Assembly (NCBI GenBank): GCA_048213135.1
Contig: PS015230.1
Coordinates: 50,347 to 86,829 of the forward strand
Origin: Reclinomonas americana ATCC 50394
Taxonomy: Eukaryota
Length of the DNA stretch: 36,483 bases
Reading direction: 5' to 3'
Numbering within the stretch: position 1 is the stretch's first letter; each line of letters begins with the position of its first letter. The notes beneath the pieces are model-generated. The model ran no database searches. It saw only the letters and a program-made list of their open reading frames with translations, and was not told the origin of the DNA. Of this stretch, positions 1 through 11,324 are shown piece after piece. A program made the position numbers and the translations under genes.

Positions 1-857
1 ACGCTCCGCCCGCTTGCGCGCCTTGGCCTCCGCCCGCGACTGCTCCGTCTCCTCTGCCTCCTTTGCGGCCTCCGACTGCGCCACCACTGTTGCCCGTCGC
101 TCCAACTCCTCGCGCTCCTGCTGCGATCGACGCAGCTGCATATACACACAGTCAGTCAGCACACGACGATCGCAGTCCGCATATCGAACACCAACACAAG
201 CCTTATCCTGCTTCTCCTTCTCCTGCTCCTCCTTCCACGCAGCCGGCGATCCCGCACGCGCACGCAACCGCGATCCCGCTCGAGGCTGCGATCCACTGCT
301 GCTCTCCATCGACGCAGTCACCGTCACCGTCGGTGCAGGAGGCGGAGGTGGAGGCGGTTCTTCCACTGTGCGACGACCTGCGCAACGATCGAATGAGCAT
401 CAGAGGAGGAGGAGGAGGAGGTGCGTTGGAGGCATGCGACTCACTGCTGCGTTTGCGATCTGTATGGTACGAGCAGAGTGAGCAGGGGTGTTGCGCATGC
501 GAGACAAACTATGAGACTCACCGCCTCTGGGAGGTCCAGCAGACAACGCGGCAGCAGTCACGACTGTCTCCTCCACAGGCACAGGTGCGGGCTGTGGTTG
601 TGGAGGAGGAGGAGGAGGAGGCTGCTCAGGGTCCTTCCCGCGCTTCTTCTTGCTCATCTTTGAGTCGAACTGTGCCATCATGCGATCCAGCTCCTCATCG
701 TCGTCGCCGGCTGCCAGTGCTGCAGCAGCGGCCGCAGCGGCACCCTCCCCGCGACTGCTGCGATGTCTGAGAGAGAGACACACACAGAGTGAGAGGCAGA
801 GAGAGAGAGACACTCAGAATGAGAGAGTAACTTGTCGCCTGACTGCTCAACCGACAT
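1..857 (-). CDS. Uncharacterised Pro-rich/charged (coiled-coil-like) protein, 5' part; runs off the window
   Basis: ATG 857. Phase-consistent exons 857-832, 766-522, optional 459-445, 377-202 and 135-1 give MSVEQSGDKHRSSRGEG...DDDEELDRMMAQFDSKMSKKKRGKDPEQPPP...KEEQEKEKQDKLRRSQQEREELERR. No recognisable domain. Confidence 0.7.
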
Positions 858-1066
858 CACAAAAAAACAGTCGATTTTTTCATGTCAGTGACAACGTGTG
901 TATGTGGCAAGGAGACTGTGAGAGACGCAACTCGACGAGACATTCTCGCTTTGTTGAGTGAGTGTGAGTGTGTGTGTTTAGGTTTTTTTCGCGCGCGAAA
1001 CGGTCGAAAATTTGTCTGAACACACACTCTCCGCACACTCCGCGCACACTTTTCTCTCTCACACTC

Positions 1067-1405
1067 ATGTGGAGCGGTCTGTTCTACGCTGCTGTGAGCA
1101 CGTTTGGGCTCAATGGAGTTGCGCGCTCACTCACTCACTCCTCACACTTGCTCCCACATGCGCGCGCGCTGACACTCTGTGTGTGTTGCAGTTGTTCTTT
1201 GTGGTGGCAGTGACTCTGCAGACTGACAAGGTCTCTCTCTCTCTCTCTTGTCACGCGCGTGCTCACTGTCTGGCCACTCACACACACACGCACACAGTTC
1301 ACTGACTTTACCTACTCGTTCTCGTTTATCATTACGGCGATCATCTTGCTGCTCAATGGCGACTCGATCAACGAGGCGCATGCATGGGTACACTCTCCTC
1401 TGCCA

Positions 1406-1436
<31 letters not shown>

Positions 1437-3161
1437 AGAGACACTCATTGTCCGCACGACCCCACAGATCGGCAGTCTGATCGTGATCGCGTGGGGCACA
1501 CGACTCCTGCTCTACCTCGTCATTCGCATTCACAAAATGGGCCGCGATCAGCGCTTTGACAAGATCCGCACAGACACAGGTGCAAACGGGCGCAGTCCTC
1601 TGCCTCCACCAGTCGCTCACTCTANNNNNNNNNNNNNNNNNNNNNNNNNNNNNNNNNNNNNNNNNNNNNNNNNNNNNNNNNNNNNNNNNNNNNNNNNNNN
1701 NNNNNNNNNNNNNNNNNNNNNNNNNNNNNNNNNNNNNNNNNNNNNNNNNNNNNNNNNNNNNNNNNNNNNNNNNNNNNNNNNNNNNNNNNNNNNNNNNNNN
1801 NNNNNNNNNNNNNNNNNNNNNNNNNNNNNNNNNNNNNNNNNNNNNNNNNNNNNNNNNNNNNNNNNNNNNNNNNNNNNNNNNNNNNNNNNNNNNNNNNNNN
1901 NNNNNNNNNNNNNNNNNNNNNNNNNNNNNNNNNNNNNNNNNNNNNNNNNNNNNNNNNNNNNNNNNNNNNNNNNNNNNNNNNNNNNNNNNNNNNNNNNNNN
2001 NNNNNNNNNNNNNNNNNNNNNNNNNNNNNNNNNNNNNNNNNNNNNNNNNNNNNNNNNNNNNNNNNNNNNNNNNNNNNNNNNNNNNNNNNNNNNNNNNNNN
2101 NNNNNNNNNNNNNNNNNNNNNNNNNNNNNNNNNNNNNNNNNNNNNNNNNNNNNNNNNNNNNNNNNNNNNNNNNNNNNNNNNNNNNNNNNNNNNNNNNNNN
2201 NNNNNNNNNNNNNNNNNNNNNNNNNNNNNNNNNNNNNNNNNNNNNNNNNNNNNNNNNNNNNNNNNNNNNNNNNNNNNNNNNNNNNNNNNNNNNNNNNNNN
2301 NNNNNNNNNNNNNNNNNNNNNNNNNNNNNNNNNNNNNNNNNNNNNNNNNNNNNNNNNNNNNNNNNNNNNNNNNNNNNNNNNNNNNNNNNNNNNNNNNNNN
2401 NNNNNNNNNNNNNNNNNNNNNNNNNNNNNNNNNNNNNNNNNNNNNNNNNNNNNNNNNNNNNNNNNNNNNNNNNNNNNNNNNNNNNNNNNNNNNNNNNNNN
2501 NNNNNNNNNNNNNNNNNNNNNNNNNNNNNNNNNNNNNNNNNNNNNNNNNNNNNNNNNNNNNNNNNNNNNNNNNNNNNNNNNNNNNAGGAAGGCCACCGGC
2601 CACGCAATGAACCACCAGCCCGAGGCCGCACCCGCCGGCAGCGAGGCGATAAAGAGGCCGGACCAGGTCAGGATCTCGCCAAAGTAGTTGGGGTGACGCG
2701 AAAACGCCCACAGGCCGGAGCGGATAAAGTCGTGCGGGTGGCGCACCTTGAAGGCGAACTTTTGCTGGTCCGCCACCGTCTCAATGACTACTCCGCTCAC
2801 GGCGATCGCCCAGCCAACGGCCTCGGTCCACCAACGCGCAGACGATCGCTCGTGCACGACAACACCGCTGTTGTTGAGCACGACCAGAGGCAAGCTGATA
2901 ATGACCACAGCGATGGCTTGAATGGCCCAGAAGCGCGCGAATCGAGCTGTGTGAGAGAGANNNNNNNNNNNNNNNNNNNNCTCGCCCCTGACCATCACCT
3001 TCTTGCTGGTGCGTCTCAGCGGCATTCCGCCACTCGAGCGCGCCTACGAGAAGAAGTATGCGTTGCGCGATGACTACAAGGAGTACAAGCGGAACACACC
3101 TGTACTCGTGCCGTTCACACTTGGACTCGTGGAGAGCGCCGAGCCGAGAAAGCGCATGTGA
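1067..3161 (+). CDS. DUF1295 family (steroid 5-alpha-reductase-like) membrane protein; one internal exon lies on an inverted contig
   Basis: Exons 1067-1117, 1192-1230, 1298-~1387, 1468-1579, then 2946-2586 read on the minus strand, then 2981-3161. Family motifs WGTRLLLYLVIRIHKMGRDQRFDKIR, ETVADQQKFAFK, GLWAFSRHPNYFGE and SGIPPLE...YKEYKRNTPVLVPF. Confidence 0.9.
1412..1437. repeat. (CA)n microsatellite in a DUF1295 intron
   Basis: Direct reading of the sequence. Confidence 0.9.
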
Positions 3162-3235
3162 TTGGTGCGCACAAAGTGAAAACGGTTTATTCCGGTTACC
3201 CGGTTTTTGTTTCTTAAGTAGAGAGAGAGAAGAGT

Positions 3236-5637
3236 ATGGGTGCCTCGAACAGCGCCGACCACTCGGCGGGGGCGCGTATGAGTAAGCGCGAGTCGCGCAC
3301 CAAGTTGCACAAGAAGGCCATGGAAAGCTCGCAGTATGTCGCCTGGGAGCAATCGACATTGGTCAGTGAGAGTGGACACAGAGAGATCGATTGGTGCTGT
3401 TTGTTTGCTGATGATTGTGTGTCGTCGATCAGGCGGGCAACTCCACTGTGGAGCAGCAGGCGGCCAAGGACGCGATCACTGCGTTGGGTGGCGATCACCC
3501 GTCGATTGCACTTGGCGACGATCTGCTGCTGCGCGTGCACGACTTGTCCGGCGACTGCCTGCTGCGCAACGAGAGCGGTGTGTCGTCGACGCTGGTGAGT
3601 CCGTCGGGAAGTGGGCGGAGGGCGATGGATGTGCACTTGCCGGCGCGATCGGCGCACTCGTGTGTGAGTGTGTCGCCGGATTGTGTGCTGGTGTTTGGCG
3701 GGGCCGAGGGCACTCGCGTCCGCAACGAGGCCTTCCTCATCGACGTTGCCGGTGCGGCCGACGTGACAGCAGTGGAGACCAAGGAGTGTGGCGATATCGT
3801 CGTGCAGGAGGCTGAGCAGCTCGGCGTGTGCTTTTACGAACGGTCAGCTTCTCGTTGCTTGGCTGCTCTCTTGAAGGCAGCAGATCGCTGACTCGTCGTG
3901 GTCGCGCGCAGTGTACGTTTGCAAGGAGCGGCTCCGTCGGCACGATCGGGAGCGGCGATGGTGGCACTGGACTCGGAGGGCGACGACGATCCGAACGTGC
4001 ACGTGCTCATGCACGGCGGCTACGACGGCGTGCAGTACCTGGGCGACTTGCATTTCATGTGTGTGCGCAATCGTGGAGCGGCCAAGAGCACCAACGAGGT
4101 GACGACGCAGCTGCTGCTCATGTACGGCACACTGCCGACTCCGCGTGCGCATCACACAATGGTGGCGCTGTCGCCGCACACGGTGTTTNNNNNNNNNNNN
4201 NNNNNNNNNNNNNNNNNNNNNNNNNNNNNNNNNNNNNNNNNNNNNNNNNNNNNNNNNNNNNNNNNNNNNNNNNNNNNNNNNNNNNNNNNNNNNNNNNNNN
4301 NNNNNNNNNNNNNNGTGTGGGGCGGTGTGTGCGGCACTCATTCGCTCGACGACGGCTACGTGCTCGACCTGTTGAATGTTGCGTGTTTGCCGCATGCGCA
4401 CTGCACTCGCTCAATCGACCTCGCTTGCAAACTCACCCTCTTCTTCGCGCAGATGGAGTCCAACAAGGTGCCACTGCGCGGTGCGGTGCCGTCGGCTCGT
4501 TTCGCTCACGTGTCGGTCATGATCTCGCCCATTCACTTGCTCATCTGGGGCGGTGTGACGGCGCAACCCGAGGACCCGTCGGTGGTCTACGTCCTCGACA
4601 CTGCACAACTGGAGTTTACGCGGTATGAGCTGTCGGGCGACGTGCCACCGACGCTGTTGCGATACGCCTCGGCCGCGCTGCTGGCTCCCAATCGCCTGCT
4701 GCTGTCGGGCGGCGGTGACGCCGACTGCAACGACTCGGGCGACATGTACCTGATCAACACGGAGACCCTATCGTGCATTCGTGTCGCCGAAGACACCTCA
4801 CCGCACATGCCGGCTCCGCGCTTCCGCCACGCCATGCTCGCCATGCGCGGTTTGCCCGGACGCGTCCTCATGTATGGCGGCTGTGGAGCGCTGGAGGATC
4901 TCAGCGACTGCTACCTGTTGACTGCTCGTTGCGTTGATGCAGAGCAGCGGTCTCTCGCCTGCGTTGTGCAACTCACTTTGTTTTTTTGTCTGTGCGCCCC
5001 ATGCAGTCACCACTGATGGTATTCCTGTGCCCGACATTATGGCTGCTGCCGGTGCCGCGGTNNNNNNNNNNNNNNNNNNNNNNNNNNNNNNNNNNNNNNN
5101 NNNNNNNNNNNNNNNNNNNNNNNNNNNNNNNNNNNNNNNNNNNNNNNNNNNNNNNNNNNNNNNNNNNNNNNNNNNNNNNNNNNNNNNNNNNNNNNNNNNN
5201 NNNNNNNNNNNNNNNNNNNNNNNNNNNNNNNNNNNNNNNNNNNNNNNNNNNNNNNNNNNNNNNNNNNNNNNNNNNNNNNNNNNNNNNNNNNNNNNNNNNN
5301 NNNNNNNNNNNNNNNNNNNNNNNNNNNNNNNNNNNNNNNNNNNNNNNNNNNNNNNNNNNNNNNNNNNNNNNNNNNNNNNNNNNNNNNNNNNNNNNNNNNN
5401 NNNNNNNNNNNNNNNNNNNNNNNNNNNNNNNNNNNNNNNNNNNNNNNNNNNNNNNNNNNNNNNNNNNNNNNNNNNNNNNNNNNNNNNNNNNNNNNNNNNN
5501 NNNNNNNNNNNNNCGCCGTCGACGATGAAATCAGCGACGCCTTGCGCGCCCTGGCCATGGACAACTTTATGGGAGACGACGACGATGATGATGGCGATGG
5601 CGACGATGGCGATGCCTGCAATGCCGGTGGCGACTAG
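3236..5637 (+). CDS. Kelch-repeat (beta-propeller) protein with an acidic tail
   Basis: Repeated P-x-R-x-x-H...hhhGG units: PARSAHS..VLVFGG, PSARSGA..LMHGGYDG, PTPRAHH..VWGG, PSARFAH..LLIWGG, PAPRFRH..VLMYGG. Introns start at 3362, ~3828, 4378 and 4928. Two N-gaps lie inside the gene. TAG 5635-5637. The start may be 3236 or 3278. Confidence 0.85.
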
Positions 5638-5852
5638 CTTTCAACGCAGGAAGAAAATAATGTTTTGTTTTTGAGTTTGTTTCCAATCATATCACCCACA
5701 ATGAATGAATGAATTAGTGTTACAGCAATCCTCACACGCGTGTGGTACACAATTATTCTCCTTTCACACACAGATAGTACACACAAGCACACTAAACAAA
5801 AATTGTCTCTACGAGAATACAACACTTCTACAATCTCACACACACACACCAA

Positions 5853-8800
5853 TCACACAAATTTCTTGTACAAGCACGAAGTGATGGTGTGCTCCGAGCT
5901 GCCAATGTCGACAGCCACACAAAACGGCCCGTTTCCGATGCCCTCGTACGCCTATGATGGAGGTCAGTGACATTCTCATCGCGACGCAAGCAGATACACA
6001 CACGAGCACACACCAGTCCCAAGTCCTCGGAGTTGAGGAAGAACCGGACCGTACCCTGGTCCACATTGACCAGCACACCCACTCGATCGCCAGGCGAATA
6101 TGCCCGACCGTATTTGACCACCTCACCGGCATGGCGCCGCACACCGTCACTATTGTAGCCTGCATCCCATACACAGATTCAGCAACAGCAGGAAAAACAA
6201 CACAATTTTTGTGGACGACAACGACCACGCACCCCAGCTCATCTGGTCGGCTCCCAAGAAACCCTGCAGGTTGCATCGATTCGCAATGCAGAGACCCACC
6301 GACACCGACAGCGGCTTTGTCGGTGCCTCAACCGCATACTCGGCGTACCACACGCCATACGAGAATACGGACTCGCTGCAGGCCACCGATCGCCCGTTGC
6401 GCCCACGCCCCAACACCGACAGACCATCGCTCTGCGAGGTGAAAGCACATGCAGTCAGTCGTCAGTCAAGTGCGACGCGAGTGTCGCGATCGAGACGCAA
6501 CAGACAGCTTGGCAAAGGTTCCCAGTTGACGTGGATTAAAGGGCAGGCACTCGGCGCCGTTGCGGGCGCCACGAGCCAGCGCCAGAGTCGTCGACACCAG
6601 GTCCTTGAAGGCGGCCTCGGCACGCAGTCGAGTCGTCTCCACCGATCTGTGTGTATGCACACACGTGAGCAGACAGGCACAACAGTTTTTCGATTGGAAT
6701 AGGTTTAGACGCAACGCAGGTGCCTTGGGCGGCATGTCGGCTGCCGCCGTGCTCGATGAAGATACCAGCGAGCGCACGGGTCTGACGGGTGCCGCCGCGT
6801 TTGGCGGTGGCGGTACAAGGCTGCGGGCGCCTCCTGCAGGCGGTTTTGTGCGCAACATCGCCTCCAGACGCTCCATCAACTGCGCGTCACGCTGCGGACT
6901 GCCCACCGTGTCGACATCTTCACCAATCATGGTCACCTCGCTTGCCATCACTGTGGGTGAGCCCGGGAGTTGTGGAAGCTGCGGTGGCGGCGGCGGAGTC
7001 GGTGGTGACGGCGACTTGGTGACCGTTGTTGTCGTTGTCGTCGCCGGAGGTACCGGCGAAGCACGACGCGATGGTGGCTTGGCTGACGATGGACGTGCCG
7101 GCGATGGTGGAGCCGGTGGATCCAACAGGTCGGAGGGGAACTGCAGGTGCACGGAGTGAGATTGGAGGCTAAGGGGGAGAGAGAGAAGATATCGGCATTT
7201 CTTCACCAGCGGATTCTGGCGCAGCGCGGTGACCGTCGAGGCCGGCATCTCCGCGTATGTGATGGTCGCAAAGAGGCCACGGCGCGTCGGTTCATCCAGT
7301 GTCTGCTGGTGCAGCTGTACGTAGCGGAGCACAATCTGCAGCTTCTTGTCCTGCACGCTCTGCGGTTGTGGGCGGTCACTGCGCAGAGTTCGTCGCCTGC
7401 ATCACGAAATGGTGAGAAGGGCGACGAGAATAGGTGCAGCAAGAAGGCAGACGGCACTCACAGGACATCCGCCGAGAGCGCATTGACAAAGGCCACATTC
7501 TCGCGCTCGTTCATCACATCGTGTGCCCCCGGCGCCGCATTCAGATCGCGCAACATGGCCTCCTGCACAATTTGCGACCGGCAAACGCTGCTGGCGTACA
7601 GCAACATCAGCGCAACATCGGCCCCAAACGGCGGCGTCACGCCGTCGCCTCGTTCCTCTGCACAAGCACGCAGAGAGAAGTCAGACTTCCTGCAACGAAA
7701 ACTGAACTACACAGGCTACGCACCAGACACACTCGACACCAGCTGCTCGAGCTCCTCGCGACTGACAGAGGCCAACGACGAGTCGGCCCACTTGGATCGC
7801 AGCACAGTGACCAGCGCACGCTCGCAGTCCACACGAGGAGGTCGTGGATGCTGACGGAAGACCTGACACATGTCGACCACGGAAAGCACGCTGCCGAGAC
7901 GGCGATCGTGCCAGAACGACGACAGACGGCGACCGACTGCCGCAAACGCCGCCGAACGAAGCTCGTTCTGCGGCGGCTGCAGACGTGCTACCTGCGACAG
8001 GAGCTGCAGCGGATCGGCAGTGCCGGAATCGAGCGCACGCAGCAGCAGCGTTCGGATGCGTGCAACCGCCTCCGGGCACACCAGTTGCTCCGCCAGTATG
8101 AGCAGCGGAACGTACACGTCGGCAAGTCGCGTGTCAAACTGCGAGAAGAGGACAACACAATGTGAGGGAGTCGCTCACAACAAGTGAAGCAGCACAAGCA
8201 GCTTCGCTCACCTCTTGCAGGCCGGCAAGCGACTCGGCATCGATGCTCTGCAGCAGCAGCGGGAACACGCCGGATGTGTCGCGAATGTCCTCGGGCAAAC
8301 GAACAGTCGCAGGCGGGGAGCGTGCGTCTGAACCCACCAGTTTCGCCACGCGTGCACTGTGCTTCACCAGAAACTTGCGATTGGCTTTGAAGCTCTGCTC
8401 CGTCAACTCTGTGTCAGATGGGCAGGGTGAGTTTGCAGGGTGACAAACAACCGGATACTGCGTGGCGCTCGACTCACCGCCGCGGCTTCCACCACCAGCC
8501 ACCACCGTCAGCACGGTAATCTCCAGAGAACCGTCGTCGACCCGAGTAACCTCCACTGGCCGCGGCGACGAGGACACGGAAACCGCCGCCGATGGCGCCG
8601 TGGATACCGCCGGCGTCCTCGCCGGTGCCTCCGACCGAGGGCTGGCCACCACACTGGCCGCCGAGATGTCGCCCCGACTGCTGGCCGCCGCACTCGCCGG
8701 CGCCGACTTCTCCACCGACTGCAACGTCGGGAGGTCGTCGACCGACGGGGCACGCTGCACAGCTGCGACAGCGTCCACACTCTCCACATTGCCGCCGCGA

Positions 8801-11297
8801 TTGGCCGGCGGACGCGACAGACTGCGCCGGAATTCGCTGGGCGTGCCGCTGCTCGGCGGCTTCGGTCCACTTGGCGTGTCGGCCTTGCCGCCAATCTCAT
8901 CCACATCGTCGAGCACCAGCACCGCATCCGGCGGCATCGCCGTCGCCGTTGGTGACAACACAGTCGGCCGTGATTCGCGCCGATTCACCGTGACTGTGGC
9001 GGGAGCGACGCCACTGGCGGTGCGAGCCGCCACCGGCGAGTGAGCCGCGCTGTTGTGCGGAGAGGCAGTGGCCGAGGTCACGGTACTCGGTGTTGGCGGT
9101 TGTGACCGTACCATGGGCTCGACGCGCGACACTGGCAGCGGAGTGGCAGCGGCAGGCGACGCGGGAGCGGCACGGACCGGCGAGGCAGCGGCGGAAGACT
9201 TGGCGGACGACGAGTTCGGTTCGACCTTCACAGTGGTCGCAGGCGGCACCGGAGTCTGGCTGGCCGCTGCCAGGGCGAGAACCAAAGGTTCGTCGTGCAC
9301 GGCCGGCGTCTTTGGGGATGCGGCCGGTGAGGCCTGTCGTGGCGAAGCAGGCTTCGCACTTGCCTGCGCCGACGATGATCCGCGAAGCACAGCCACGCGC
9401 GGCGACAATGACGGCGATGCCGACGAGTCATCGTTGTGAACAATCACCGCCGCCGCCGCCGCAGCAGCAGCAGCTCCTGATTTACTGGACGGCGTTGCGG
9501 GCTGCAATAAACAAACACGAAGGGTGGAAAACAGTGAGAACGGCTGCTGAAAGAAGCGAGGAGGAGGCGCGGCACGGACTCAACTGTCACCACACGCGGA
9601 GAGGCAGGCTCCGACAGATGCGACAAGTCGAGCGACGAGGACGACGAGTCGGCAATACTTGGCGTCCGTGGCGACTGTTTGCTGGCCATGTTGTTGGCTG
9701 GCGATTGCGAGCTGGGAGATGCCGCAATGTCGACCGACGCCGCTGGGGGAACATCCGCAGCCGCGTTGCCGTCGGCAGAAAAGTGCACTGTCCGCGGACT
9801 GAGCACTTGCCGTGTCGACGGCGGCGTCAGCTGCGGTGCACTCGAGTGTGACGAATCGGTGACGGAGGGCTGTGAGCGCGGCGAGTCGTTCGTCATTGTG
9901 CCATTGGTGAGGCGCTCGTGAATCGCCGCAGCCACGGCCGAGGCGGTGACGTTGGAGTTCGCCGCCGCCGCCGCCGCCTGCTTGTCCACCAACTGCTGCG
10001 CCTGTGTCGGTGACAACTTGGCAGCAGCAGCAGCAGCAATGCCGGCCGCAGGAGGTGGTGAGTGCGAGTGACCGCGCGAGACAGGCACCGACGATGCCAC
10101 AGAGCCAGGCCGCGACTCTGGCCACCGTTTCCGATCAAAGGGCAGCGGCGTGCGTACATGCGTCAGCTTGCCGAGGCTCCGCGGGCTGTTGGTCGCCTCA
10201 CTCGGTGATGGCGTCGACACCAGCGACGCCGTCGACAGTTCGCCAGAGTTGATGAGACGCGGACTGCCGGGCAGCGAAGACAGACCCGACACAGCGGCCT
10301 CGCCAGGTCGACCGCGAGGGGTGTTGGGCAGCGAGATCGCGCCGACTTGCACGCCGCTGCTGCCACTGATCTTGGCCACTGCCGGTTGCACCGGCTGCGG
10401 CGGTGGCGGCGGTGGCGGTGGCGGCGGTGGTGGAGGCGGCGGCGGCGGGGACGGCAAGCGAGACGGTGGCGCCTCGAGACCGATAGCCTCGCTGTTTGGT
10501 GTGTGCGGATCAGACGGAGGCGGCGGTACCGACTTGGGTGGCTCGCTTGGCGCCGACCGAATCGACGACATGCCGTCGGCGCCCGATTCGAGAACTGGCA
10601 GCTCACGAGGCTGGCGCGGACTCACTGGTGCCGAGGCCGCCAGCGGATCCACGACAGCGCCACGATTGCGCGGTGATGCGGGAGCAGAGACAACCGATTC
10701 GGGAGGCGGTGCGGTGGGCAGGGAGGCCTTGAACGCCGCACTCCGCAACGGGGTCGGCGACGGCAGATTCTCCGTGCGAGTCAGTGTCATGGACGAGGCC
10801 GTCAGCAGCGGATCGTCGTCGATTGCCGCAGACGACGGTGCTCGACCCATCTCCTCCGCGACGCCGTCGCCAGACACCGCCGCCACCACCACCTCCTCCT
10901 GTTCAGCCGCCTGCTCTTCCTCGCCGCCAACAGCACCTTCCACTAGTGTTGCCGGCGCTGTTACTCCATTGTCGCTGTCGACCGTGTCGCCGCCATTCAT
11001 CTCCGGTTCGCCAGCAGCACCGCCATTGAGCGACGATGCCGATGCCGCGGCGGCAGCGGCCGAGTCGTACTCTTCCACTTGGTCTGCGAACGACACGGAG
11101 CGCGGCGCCTCGTCGTTGCCGCTGACACCTGAGCCGCCCATCACCACCGCCGAGAATGGTCGCTTGTTGACACCGCCGGCCAACATGGCCGCATTGGCAC
11201 CGGCGTTGGCAGGCGTGTTGGCCGAGTCTACGGCAGCACCAGCACCGTCGCTGGACATTGCGCCAGCCGCCGCCGCCGCCGCTGCAGTGGCAGCAGC
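5853..11297 (-). CDS. Large Pro/Ser/Ala-rich protein with a BTB/BACK-like region and C-terminal SPRY domain (probably the 3' part of one gene extending to ~15406)
   Basis: Spliced C-terminus KLSSDGLSVLGRG...FSYGVWYAEYAV...VSVGLC...GFLGADQMSWGYNSDG...YGRAYSPGDRVGVLVNVDQGTVRFFLNSEDLGLAYEGI is SPRY-like. SFKANRKFLVKHSARV..LLILAEQLVCPEAV is BTB-like (weaker). About 10 phase-consistent introns. TGA 5855-5853. Confidence 0.8.
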
Positions 11298-11324
11298 NNN
11301 NNNNNNNNNNNNNNNNNNNNNNNN

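Noticed and set aside
3062-3067. GTTGCG inside the last DUF1295 exon
   Set aside because: The conserved reading frame continues through it, so it is not counted as a donor. It shows the hexamer also occurs by chance.
7140-7210. Possible non-GT donor after LVKK in the SPRY gene
   Set aside because: A canonical in-phase CTG|GTGAAG donor explains the intron.
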